DNA of 32,000 nt, from NCBI RefSeq assembly GCF_000020025.1, contig NC_010628.1, positions 1,950,001 to 1,982,000 of the forward strand, given 5' to 3'. Numbering within the stretch: position 1 is the stretch's first letter; each line of letters starts with the position of its first letter. The DNA is from Nostoc punctiforme PCC 73102. GTDB taxonomy: Bacteria > Cyanobacteriota > Cyanobacteriia > Cyanobacteriales > Nostocaceae. The notes beneath the pieces are model-generated. The model worked only from the letters and a program-made list of their open reading frames with translations. It was not told the DNA's origin and made no database searches. The translations under genes were made by a program, and so were the position numbers. Shown piece by piece: positions 9,402-17,007 of this stretch.

Positions 9402-10804
9402 GCGACTTTTTACCAACTGGCATTCAGCTGACGTACTTAGTCGCTGCATCGTTATTCATTCTGGGCTTGAAAAAGCTGGGATCGCCTGCTACTGCGAGAA
9501 ACGGTAATATTGTAGCGGCTGTGGGGATGCTGCTGGCAATTGTGGCAACAATGCTGGATCAGCATGTGTTGAACTACGAGATGATATTGTTGGGCTTGGC
9601 GATTGGATCGGGAATTGGTGCGATCGTTGCCTACAAAGTCCAAATGACCGAAATGCCCCAAATGGTGGGTTTACTCAACGGTTTGGGCGGTGCGGCTTCC
9701 GCATTAGTAGCCGTTGCCGAATTCTGGCGGTTATTAGATAGTTCTCAGCCGATACCCCTAGATGTCAACATTTCCATGCTGTTGGATGTGTTAATCGGTG
9801 GTGTTACCTTCACGGGTAGTTTTCTAGCCTTTGCTAAATTGCAAGGTTTAATTAGCGGTTCTCCGATTACATTTCCTTTCCAGCAACCATTTAACCTCTT
9901 GCTTTTGGGTGCTTATATAGTAGGTAGTGCCTATTTAATCATCACACCAGATAGCTTACCCATATTCTTGGGAGTGGTTGGTGTTTCTTTAGTGTTGGGC
10001 GTGATGTTTGTCATCCCCATTGGTGGCGGCGATATGCCAGTAGTAATCTCGCTGTTGAACTCCTTGTCAGGTGTGGCGGCGGCGGCGGCTGGATTCGTGG
10101 TGATGAACAATATGTTAATCATCGCTGGTGCTTTGGTAGGAGCATCTGGTTTAATCCTCACCGAGATTATGTGTAAGGCGATGAACCGCTCCTTATTTAG
10201 TGTGCTGTTCAGCGCTTTTGGTACAGGTTCTAGTTCTGGTGGTGCTGCTGCTAGTGGTGGTGCGATCGATCAAAGTGTCCGCAGCATCGATCCTGAAGAA
10301 GGAGCGATGATGTTGGGTTATGCCCGTTCTGTGGTAATTGTGCCTGGTTATGGTATGGCAGTTGCCCAAGCGCAACATAGCGTCCGGGAATTGTCAGATC
10401 AGTTAGAAAAAATGGGCGTTGATGTCAAGTATGCCATTCACCCTGTTGCTGGGAGAATGCCGGGACACATGAATGTGTTACTTGCAGAGGCAAATGTGCC
10501 TTATACCCAGTTGTACGACATGGATGATATTAATCCCCAGTTCGATCAAGCGGATGTCGCTTTAGTGATTGGAGCAAATGATGTGGTAAATCCGGCGGCG
10601 CGGAGTGATACAAATAGCCCGATTTATGGTATGCCGATTTTGGAAGTAGATCGGGCGAAGCAGACGATTGTAATTAAGCGCGGGATGAGTACGGGTTTTG
10701 CCGGTGTAGATAATGAATTGTTCTACAAGGATAAAACTACGATGCTTTTTGGTAGTGCTAAGGATATGGTGGCGAAGTTGGTTTCGGAAGTGAAGCAACT
10801 TTAA
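9398..10804 (+). CDS. pntB: NAD(P) transhydrogenase subunit beta
   Basis: 468 aa. The GTG start overlaps the pntAB stop (GTGA). Multi-pass N-terminal half and a C-terminal dIII NADP(H) domain (PGYGMAVAQAQH, HPVAGRMPGHMNVLLAEA, VIGANDVVNPAA). Confidence 0.92.
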   Translation: MSDFLPTGIQLTYLVAASLFILGLKKLGSPATARNGNIVAAVGMLLAIVATMLDQHVLNYEMILLGLAIGSGIGAIVAYKVQMTEMPQMVGLLNGLGGAASALVAVAEFWRLLDSSQPIPLDVNISMLLDVLIGGVTFTGSFLAFAKLQGLISGSPITFPFQQPFNLLLLGAYIVGSAYLIITPDSLPIFLGVVGVSLVLGVMFVIPIGGGDMPVVISLLNSLSGVAAAAAGFVVMNNMLIIAGALVGASGLILTEIMCKAMNRSLFSVLFSAFGTGSSSGGAAASGGAIDQSVRSIDPEEGAMMLGYARSVVIVPGYGMAVAQAQHSVRELSDQLEKMGVDVKYAIHPVAGRMPGHMNVLLAEANVPYTQLYDMDDINPQFDQADVALVIGANDVVNPAARSDTNSPIYGMPILEVDRAKQTIVIKRGMSTGFAGVDNELFYKDKTTMLFGSAKDMVAKLVSEVKQL

Positions 10805-10857
10805 CGAACCGCCAAGACGCGAAGGGCGCGAAGTAAAGAAAGAATTAGAGAGTTTGT

Positions 10858-10894
10858 TTGCCTTGGGATTTAAGAATCTTAAGGCAAGTTTTTT
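10858..10894 (+). terminator. Rho-independent terminator of the pnt operon
   Basis: 13-bp stem (with G-U pairs) ttgccttgggatt / aatcttaaggcaa, loop taag, followed by GTTTTTT. It starts 54 nt after the pntB stop. Confidence 0.7.
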
Positions 10895-10925
10895 AGTTAA
10901 GGAAAGAATCTGAAAATTAGGCTAA

Positions 10926-11330
10926 TCAATTTGAATTACGCCAAAAAGCTCCAATATGATTACCATCTAGGTCTTTGACAGAAGTACTATAATAGTTGTC
11001 TTCTCTTAACCCTGGTTTTTCAATTTCAGTAGCTCCATTTGCTATGGCAGCCGCAAAAAATGTATCTACGGCACTCTGATTTTTAGCTGGGAAACTAGAC
11101 AAGCTAGTAAACAGTTGGGTAGTTCCTGGAAGATCGCGGGTTTCAATAAGTGACAAAACTTTTGAATCTGAATCTTCGTCTAAACAATATTGTGCTTCTC
11201 TCATGCCGTTTGCCTCAAAGTTCTTACAGCGAGGAAAACTTAGTGCTGTCATTGTAGCATCATAGAATACTAAACTGCGCTCAAAATCATATACTAGCAA
11301 TACAGGGGATATATTAATTGTAAATGTCAT
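10926..11330 (-). CDS. VOC (glyoxalase/bleomycin-resistance/dioxygenase) family protein
   Basis: 134 aa. V.DFERSL.FY near the N-terminus and Y.....DLDGN.I..F at the C-terminus are the usual VOC-fold signposts. AT-rich codon usage. Confidence 0.5.
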   Translation of the reverse strand: MTFTINISPVLLVYDFERSLVFYDATMTALSFPRCKNFEANGMREAQYCLDEDSDSKVLSLIETRDLPGTTQLFTSLSSFPAKNQSAVDTFFAAAIANGATEIEKPGLREDNYYSTSVKDLDGNHIGAFWRNSN

Positions 11331-11355
11331 TTTTTTGTTTCCTAAGTAAATTTAT

Positions 11356-11694
11356 TTAAGCTAAATCCTTGTAACATTGGGGACAATGATAAATTGAGGC
11401 ATTAGCATCTGTGCTAAAAGCCATATTGCAAAAAGGACAAATAGCCATAGGATGATGGCATTGTTCACAGCCCATAACATCAACAGCATCTGTTGCACTA
11501 AGTAAATCGACAAAGGATTTTCCTTTAGTCCAAAAAGTTTTAGTCACACCAGAAAATATTGCAAATACGATATTAGTATCAAAGTACTGATGACTAAAAA
11601 GACGCTCTTTTTCACATATAGGGCATACTCCTTTCCATACAGATTCTAATCTTTTTCCAGAACCTTCATGTAAGGTAAGCTTGACGATAGACAT
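11356..11694 (-). CDS. Hypothetical small Cys-rich (4 x CxxC, zinc-ribbon-like) protein
   Basis: 112 aa with CPIC (res. 24-27), CEQC, CPFC and CPQC, i.e. four CxxC pairs. No family recognised. Confidence 0.5.
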   Translation of the reverse strand: MSIVKLTLHEGSGKRLESVWKGVCPICEKERLFSHQYFDTNIVFAIFSGVTKTFWTKGKSFVDLLSATDAVDVMGCEQCHHPMAICPFCNMAFSTDANASIYHCPQCYKDLA

Positions 11695-11810
11695 TAATAC
11701 ACCTGACTCTCAGATTTACGTTTTTTATTATACTTTATGCCTCTTTGTAAGTCCTTGTAGATTGATAGGGATTCATTACAGTATAATTAGTATATTTACT
11801 TAAGTAGTAT

Positions 11811-11950
11811 TCTCTTCTTCCTCTATGTACTCTGCGTCTCTGTAGTTCGTTAAAAAGAGCGATCACCTGCAAAATCTTCAGCGTGCGATCGCCCTCTGCT
11901 TCCTCTGTGTCCTCTATGCCTTGAGTGGTTCGTTAAAAAAAGCGATCGCT
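11811..11950 (+). repeat. Two tandem copies of a HIP1-bounded dispersed repeat (CTCTGTG..CTCTGCGTCTCTGTGGTTCGTTAAAAAGAGCGATCGC family)
   Basis: Copy A (~11811-11869) and copy B (~11893-11950) align by eye with the copies at 12611-12745 and 13081-13150. The last HIP1 overlaps the mazF stop codon. Confidence 0.7.
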
Positions 11951-12302
11951 AATATATTGGGTGAGAAATATTTAAGACAACAGCTAATGCTTGACAAATA
12001 AGTTGCATTTCTGAGTCAGAGATTTGACCTAGTTTTCTAACTAATCTTGTTTCTGAAACTGAACGTATTTGAAAAGTATCTACACCAGAAACTTTAGCTA
12101 AACTGTTCTCTGTGCTTGGTTCCAGGCGCACCATCCAAGGTCTAACAGCATATCTTTCTTTCCAATCCGTAACTGGGACAATGACCTTCAAAGGCAAAAT
12201 CCCAATAGCATCATCATTGACTATGATACAAGGACGTTTTTTGCTAATTTCTGTCCCTACTGTTGGATCTAAATTAACTAACCAGACTTCACCTCTATAC
12301 AT
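11949..12302 (-). CDS. mazF: Type II toxin, PemK/MazF-family endoribonuclease
   Basis: 117 aa. MYRGEVWLVNLDPTVGTEISKKRPCIIVNDD is the canonical MazF/PemK N-terminus. An antitoxin-sized ORF lies 22 nt upstream. Confidence 0.85.
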   Translation of the reverse strand: MYRGEVWLVNLDPTVGTEISKKRPCIIVNDDAIGILPLKVIVPVTDWKERYAVRPWMVRLEPSTENSLAKVSGVDTFQIRSVSETRLVRKLGQISDSEMQLICQALAVVLNISHPIY

Positions 12303-12324
12303 AATTTCCTGAGTTGTGTAAGTC

Positions 12325-12561
12325 TTAATCTGGATAGTCGCAAAAGTCTTCTCCCTCTAAGTCAGAGAATATATCTAATTCACTACCAGGTGCATAATCT
12401 GCAATAGCTGTCACTGCCGCTAGTGTTAATTGGCGTTTTTGCTCATCTTTGGTAAGTGAGTGTTTTTCTTGAAGAACTAATTGCAGGGCTGACTCAGCTA
12501 TCTTCAGGCGATCGCTTATGCTCAGGCTTGGGAGTGCTTGGAGAATTTCTTTAGTTTCCAT
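12325..12561 (-). CDS. Putative antitoxin (addiction-module-component-like, not MazE/AbrB-like)
   Basis: 78 aa, directly upstream of mazF. The helical N-terminus (ILQALPSLSISDRLKIAESAL) resembles the 'putative addiction module component' family. Acidic C-terminal tail DLEGEDFCDYPD. Confidence 0.55.
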   Translation of the reverse strand: METKEILQALPSLSISDRLKIAESALQLVLQEKHSLTKDEQKRQLTLAAVTAIADYAPGSELDIFSDLEGEDFCDYPD

Positions 12562-12610
12562 ATTAATTCATAGAGCAACTTATATTACTAATGCTAGTGA
12601 AATTATAATA

Positions 12611-12745
12611 AGCGATCGCCTAAAAAATCTCCACAGTGCGTAGGCAAACGCGAGTGCGTCTCTCGTTCTCTTTTTCCTCTGTGTTCTCTGCGTCTCTGTG
12701 GTTCGTTAAAAAGAGCGATCGCTAAATCTCCACAGTGCGATCGCT
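12611..12745 (+). repeat. Dispersed repeat copies (same family, same orientation as 11811-11950)
   Basis: GCGATCGCCTAAAAAATCTCCACAGTGCG...TTCCTCTGTGTTCTCTGCGTCTCTGTGGTTCGTTAAAAAGAGCGATCGCTAAATCTCCACAGTGCGATCGC. Confidence 0.7.
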
Positions 12746-13080
12746 TGGTTCATTTTCTAAATTTCTTGCCATTCTCTAGCATCAATAAAAATAGATAGAT
12801 GTTTTTTATTGCTTGTGGCAATAATAACCTCATGCCCGTAATTAGCAACTAAAATAGATAGCTTTATTATCTGCTGTAAATTTACCTTGATTATAAATAC
12901 CTTGCAAGTAGATAATTTAAAAACACGAGTAGATATTAATCAGTTTTAGCACTGGTAATCATATTATATTTTAGCGTGAATAACTATTTTAGTTTACTGA
13001 GAACGTCCCGACGTTTACATGGTATCGAACGGATCAAGAATCGGTTCCTAATCGAGTGCGCCTATTGTGTGACATAAAAA

Positions 13081-13150
13081 AGCGATCGCTTCGCTCTCTT
13101 TTTGCTCTGTGTCCTCTGCGCCTCTGTGGTTCGTTAAAAAAAGTGTAGGC
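13081..13150 (+). repeat. Dispersed repeat copy (same family)
   Basis: GCGATCGCTTCGCTCTCTTTTTGCTCTGTGTCCTCTGCGCCTCTGTGGTTCGTTAAAAAAAG. Confidence 0.65.
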
Positions 13151-13191
13151 GATGGCGTAGCCTCTCGTAGAGAAAGCACCGCCCATTTTTT
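13136..13191. terminator. Possible bidirectional terminator-like hairpin downstream of the GAF kinase
   Basis: Imperfect stem ggcgatg (13148-13154) / caccgcc (13177-13183), flanked by A7 (13136-13142) on the left and T6 (13186-13191) on the right. The kinase stop is at 13193. Confidence 0.35.
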
Positions 13192-13192
13192 C

Positions 13193-16100
13193 TTAACTAA
13201 CTGTCCGTTTGAGCGGGATTTCTATCCAGAACTCACAGCCTTTGCCAGGTTCAGAAACACACTTGATATTACCGCCGTGTTTTTCCACAATGATTTGGTA
13301 GCTAATAGATAACCCCAAGCCAGTACCTTGTCCAGGTTGTTTGGTGGTAAAGAAAGGTTCAAAAATGCGCGATCGCTTAATCTCTGGAATTCCACAACCA
13401 TTGTCAGCAATCCAAATCAGAATAGTATTTCCTTCGATAACTTCTGTACGAATCCAAATTTTAGGATTGTCAATTTTTTTTCTACTAGTTGCTGAGTTTT
13501 CTAGTGCATCGATCGCATTGTTGAGAATATTCATAAACACCTGATTCATCTGGGCCCCATAGCAGACTAATGGAGGTAATTCACCATATTGTTTAACTAC
13601 CTCAATAGCAAAAGAATTAGTCTCTGGTTGCAGCCGATGTTGTAAAATCAACAAAGTACTGTCGATACCTTCATGAAGGTCAACGGGTTTCATTCCTGTT
13701 TCATCAAGTCGAGAAAAACTTCGTAACGACAAGACTAATTGAGAGATCCGATCTGCCCCCATCTTCATTGAAGTAAGAATTTTGGGTAAGTCATCACTAA
13801 TAAAATCTAAATCCAGTACTGCTACTTGCTTTTTAATTTCCTCTGTTGTCTTAGGATACTGTTTCTGATAAAGACGCAGTAATTTCAATAAATTTTCGGC
13901 ATGCTCAGTAACATAAGTGATGTTGCCATAAATAAAACTAATCGGGTTGTTAATTTCATGTGCTATACCAGCAACTAACTGCCCTAAACCTGCCATTTTT
14001 TCACTTTGAATTAACTGGCTTTGAGTGTGCTGTAATTCTTTAAGAGTCTGGGTCAGTTCTTCTTTTTGACGTTGAGTTTGTTCGAGTAATTCTGCTTGCT
14101 GAAGTCCTACCCCTAACTGAGTACCAATCTGCATCACCAAATCTACCTCATCCTCTTGCCAATCACGGGGCTTGATATTTTGATAAGCTGCTAGTAATCC
14201 CCAAAGTTTCTCACCCTGAAAAATCGGCACAATCATATATGCCCTAGCCTGCATTAGCTCAAGCAGGGCAATATGACAGATAGAATAATTGGCGCTATAA
14301 ATATCTTTAATGACAATACTTTTACCATTAGCAAAATTTCTACCTTGGGTTTCTTGTAAGTAATCATCTGCAACTACGGGTACAATCTCCCTTACTGGTG
14401 TCCAACCTTGGGCTAATGACTCAGCAACAAATTCACCACTCCAATCAGCCCGGAATCTATAGATTGTGACTCGATCAACTTCCAATAACCTTCGGACTTC
14501 TTCTGTACTAGTAGCAAAGATGGTTCCAATATCAAGAGACTGGCGAATTTTCTCCACTGTTGCGGCTAACGCCTTTTCCCTTTCGGCTGCTTTCCGTTCT
14601 CGCTCGGCAGCTTTAGCTAGTTTTTGAGTCTGCACCTGCATCTGTTTCAATGACTCAGCTTGCTGTAATGCTACCCCTAATTGAACGCCAACTTGCGCTA
14701 ATAAGTTTATTTCCTCATCTTGCCAATAGCGGGGCTGGGAGTTTTGATAAGCTACTAACAATCCCCACAACTTCTCACCCTGAGAAATTGGTACAAAAGC
14801 TTCATTCCGTGCATACTTACCCGCTTGCTTTCCTTGCACAAAAACACCTTCTGTCACTGGCTGCGGCTTAACTATTGGTGTCCAGCCATCAACAATAGAA
14901 TCGGCGACAAATTCGCCACTCCAATCAGGATAGAAGCGATAAATTGCCACTCGTTCCACTTCTAATAGCCGACGGACTTCTTGAGTTGTGGTTTTAAAAA
15001 TGGCTTCAATTTCCAAAGACTGACGAATTTTTTCTACAGTGTTCGCCAACGCCCTTTGTCTTTCAGCAGCTTTACTAATCTCTGCTGCTTGGATTTGCAT
15101 TTGTTGAATAAATTCCGCTTGCTGCAAAGCCACACCTAATTGCGTGCCCACTTGGGTAAGCAAGTAAACCTCATCTTTTTGCCAATCACGGGTTCTGGCG
15201 TTCTCATACACTGCTAGCAAGCCCCAGAGTTTCTGACCGTGGTAAATAGCAATGATTACATAAGCTCTTGCCTGATAAATTTCTAAGATTTTTATGTAGC
15301 AGTCGCTAAAACCTGAATTGTAAATATCATTACAAATTCGGTATACTTCACAACTGCTAAAGCTACCACCTTCGGTATCTTGTAAGTAGGTATCAGCAAC
15401 TGGGGGTTTAGCTAAATCTTTGGCGCTACATTCACTAACATTTTCACTTAATTCCGGCCGCTGCAATTGTTCATCTATGAGGGAAATCCAACCCTCTGCC
15501 ACTGATTCAAACACGAATTCACCACTCCAATCAGGATTGAAGCGATAAATAGCCACGCGGTCAGCATTTAGCAGCTGCCTAAGTTCTACGGTGCTTGTGC
15601 GGAAAATGCTTTCTAAGTCTAGAGACTGACGAATTTTCTCAATGGTTATGGCTATGGTTTTCTGCCATTGGGCTGCTTTTTCTCTGGCTTTTGCTTGTGC
15701 TAGTTGTGCAGATTGTAATTTGACTTGTTCCAGGTAATCTGCTTGCTGTAAAGCAACTCCTAGATGTTCGGCGATTAATTGCACAAACTCAATTTCTGAT
15801 GCTTCCCATTGCCGAGAACTACTACACTGATGAATACACAATAATCCCCATAAATTTTTACCTTTTATCAAGGGGGCAGTTATATTGGCACGTACTTGGA
15901 ATCTTTCTAGAATCTGGATGTAGCAATCACTAGCATTAACTTGATAAATATCAGCTATTGCTCTAATACGACCTTGCTGATACAAGCTTGCGAATTCCTC
16001 ACTAAAGCAGTGGTCGCACAATTTGGCTGCTAGTGCCGAATCCCATTCTGTGGCCACATCTTCATAGATAAATTCCCCTTCCCATGCCAAATCAGGATAC

Positions 16101-16321
16101 AAACGAAACACGCCAACCCGATCGGTTTTCAGAAGTTGGCGGACTTCAGTGACTGTAATTTTGAAGATGGTTTCTATGTCTAGAGACTCGCGGATGCGGG
16201 CAATAACTCCAGACAAGGCTTTTTGTTGCTCATTCTGACGCAAGGAGGATGTCACAGCTGAATGCGATTCTTGCTGTTCTGAATTTGGTTCTATGGGTTG
16301 AGTAGTAGAGGAGTTTTCCAT
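13193..16321 (-). CDS. Multi-GAF sensor histidine kinase (4 GAF modules + DHp/HATPase_c)
   Basis: 1042 aa. There are four repeats of EKIRQSLD(I/L)[25 protein letters not shown]...GW...KLWGLL...Q......W...[13 protein letters not shown], separated by Q/A/E-rich coiled coils. H-box [14 protein letters not shown] (His788 codon = rc of 13958-13960). N, G1 and G2 boxes: [26 protein letters not shown]. Confidence 0.9.
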   Translation of the reverse strand: MENSSTTQPIEPNSEQQESHSAVTSSLRQNEQQKALSGVIARIRESLDIETIFKITVTEVRQLLKTDRVGVFRLYPDLAWEGEFIYEDVATEWDSALAAKLCDHCFSEEFASLYQQGRIRAIADIYQVNASDCYIQILERFQVRANITAPLIKGKNLWGLLCIHQCSSSRQWEASEIEFVQLIAEHLGVALQQADYLEQVKLQSAQLAQAKAREKAAQWQKTIAITIEKIRQSLDLESIFRTSTVELRQLLNADRVAIYRFNPDWSGEFVFESVAEGWISLIDEQLQRPELSENVSECSAKDLAKPPVADTYLQDTEGGSFSSCEVYRICNDIYNSGFSDCYIKILEIYQARAYVIIAIYHGQKLWGLLAVYENARTRDWQKDEVYLLTQVGTQLGVALQQAEFIQQMQIQAAEISKAAERQRALANTVEKIRQSLEIEAIFKTTTQEVRRLLEVERVAIYRFYPDWSGEFVADSIVDGWTPIVKPQPVTEGVFVQGKQAGKYARNEAFVPISQGEKLWGLLVAYQNSQPRYWQDEEINLLAQVGVQLGVALQQAESLKQMQVQTQKLAKAAERERKAAEREKALAATVEKIRQSLDIGTIFATSTEEVRRLLEVDRVTIYRFRADWSGEFVAESLAQGWTPVREIVPVVADDYLQETQGRNFANGKSIVIKDIYSANYSICHIALLELMQARAYMIVPIFQGEKLWGLLAAYQNIKPRDWQEDEVDLVMQIGTQLGVGLQQAELLEQTQRQKEELTQTLKELQHTQSQLIQSEKMAGLGQLVAGIAHEINNPISFIYGNITYVTEHAENLLKLLRLYQKQYPKTTEEIKKQVAVLDLDFISDDLPKILTSMKMGADRISQLVLSLRSFSRLDETGMKPVDLHEGIDSTLLILQHRLQPETNSFAIEVVKQYGELPPLVCYGAQMNQVFMNILNNAIDALENSATSRKKIDNPKIWIRTEVIEGNTILIWIADNGCGIPEIKRSRIFEPFFTTKQPGQGTGLGLSISYQIIVEKHGGNIKCVSEPGKGCEFWIEIPLKRTVS

Positions 16322-16408
16322 TCCCAGTGGGACTTTAAATATTGAAAGTCTTCTATCTCATGATTCCCGTTGCGATCGCAAAGGTAACAGTTATTTCCTT
16401 AGAATGCC

Positions 16409-16447
16409 AAAAAACAATGTAGGGACACGATACTATCGTGTCCCTAC
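16409..16447 (-). terminator. Rho-independent terminator after petN and the small ORF
   Basis: Perfect 13-bp stem gtagggacacgat/atcgtgtccctac (16419-16447, loop act). On the minus strand it is followed by ATTGTTTTTTGG. Confidence 0.75.
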
Positions 16448-16473
16448 AAGAACATTTTTCAACCACGAGAAAA

Positions 16474-16635
16474 TTATCGCCGCTTGGGAGTGGCGCTGCG
16501 GCTGGTGCGTTTCTCTTCATCTCGGCGACGGCGATCGCGCCAATCTGCCACGGTTAAATAACCAATACCACCGGTGACTACTACGAGCAGCAGTACGGCA
16601 ACTAAAGCTAAAATACTCAAAAATGGACTTTCCAC
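16474..16635 (-). CDS. Unlisted small single-pass membrane protein (53 aa)
   Basis: GTG (rc of 16633-16635) lies 4 nt after GAGG and 7 nt after the petN stop. The product is (M)ESPFLSILALVAVLLLVVVTGGIGYLTVADWRDRRRRDEEKRTSRSATPKRR*: one hydrophobic helix plus an Arg-rich tail. A terminator follows. Below the ORF-track cutoff. Confidence 0.5.
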   Translation of the reverse strand: MESPFLSILALVAVLLLVVVTGGIGYLTVADWRDRRRRDEEKRTSRSATPKRR

Positions 16636-16642
16636 AATGCCT

Positions 16643-16732
16643 CTACAGTCCGTTACGTCCCCAAACTACCATTGCAATTGACCAAGTGAACACAACTAAC
16701 AGCGATACCCAACCTAGTGTCAAAATCTCCAT
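16643..16732 (-). CDS. petN: Cytochrome b6-f complex subunit 8 (PetN)
   Basis: The reverse complement translates to [29 protein letters not shown] (29 aa), essentially the conserved PetN sequence. Below the ORF-track cutoff. Confidence 0.9.
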   Translation of the reverse strand: MEILTLGWVSLLVVFTWSIAMVVWGRNGL

Positions 16733-17007
16733 AGTCCCGCTTTTCAAATAATTACAAAAGGTTTCTAATATTTATCATACAGGGATTGGGCAGGCTGAGA
16801 TTTTTTTATAATAAATGGCATTGTAACTTTGGCTGGCGATGTCTACGACGGGCTACGCCTACGCAAATATACACATTTTTCTTGGTAAGCTAGCACTTCA
16901 AGCATTAATAAAGACGAATGTAAAAAAATAGCGATCGCGCTTTCCTACTAGATGCTTTGGGAATACTAGGGTTACGGGTATATATTCAAAATCCTACAAC
17001 CCCTAGT

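Noticed and set aside
8056-10798. Eight minus-strand ORFs (61-111 aa) overlapping pntAA/pntAB/pntB
   Set aside because: These are antisense frames of strongly supported transhydrogenase genes, and their composition mirrors the GC-rich third positions of those genes. The 9063 start of the pntAB ORF was also replaced by the SD-supported ATG at 9108.
12112-12312. 66-aa plus-strand ORF
   Set aside because: It is antisense to mazF and is a shadow ORF.
11811-13150. Possible CRISPR array (repeated ~60-80-bp units with HIP1)
   Set aside because: The units are irregularly spaced and interrupted by a TA gene pair, they are imperfect copies, and there are no unique spacers of constant length or cas genes. 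They are dispersed repeats, not CRISPR.
13109-14871. ORFs 13109-13312, 13222-13410, 13341-13544 and 14650-14871
   Set aside because: All overlap the 1042-aa GAF kinase in other frames or strands and have no features of their own.
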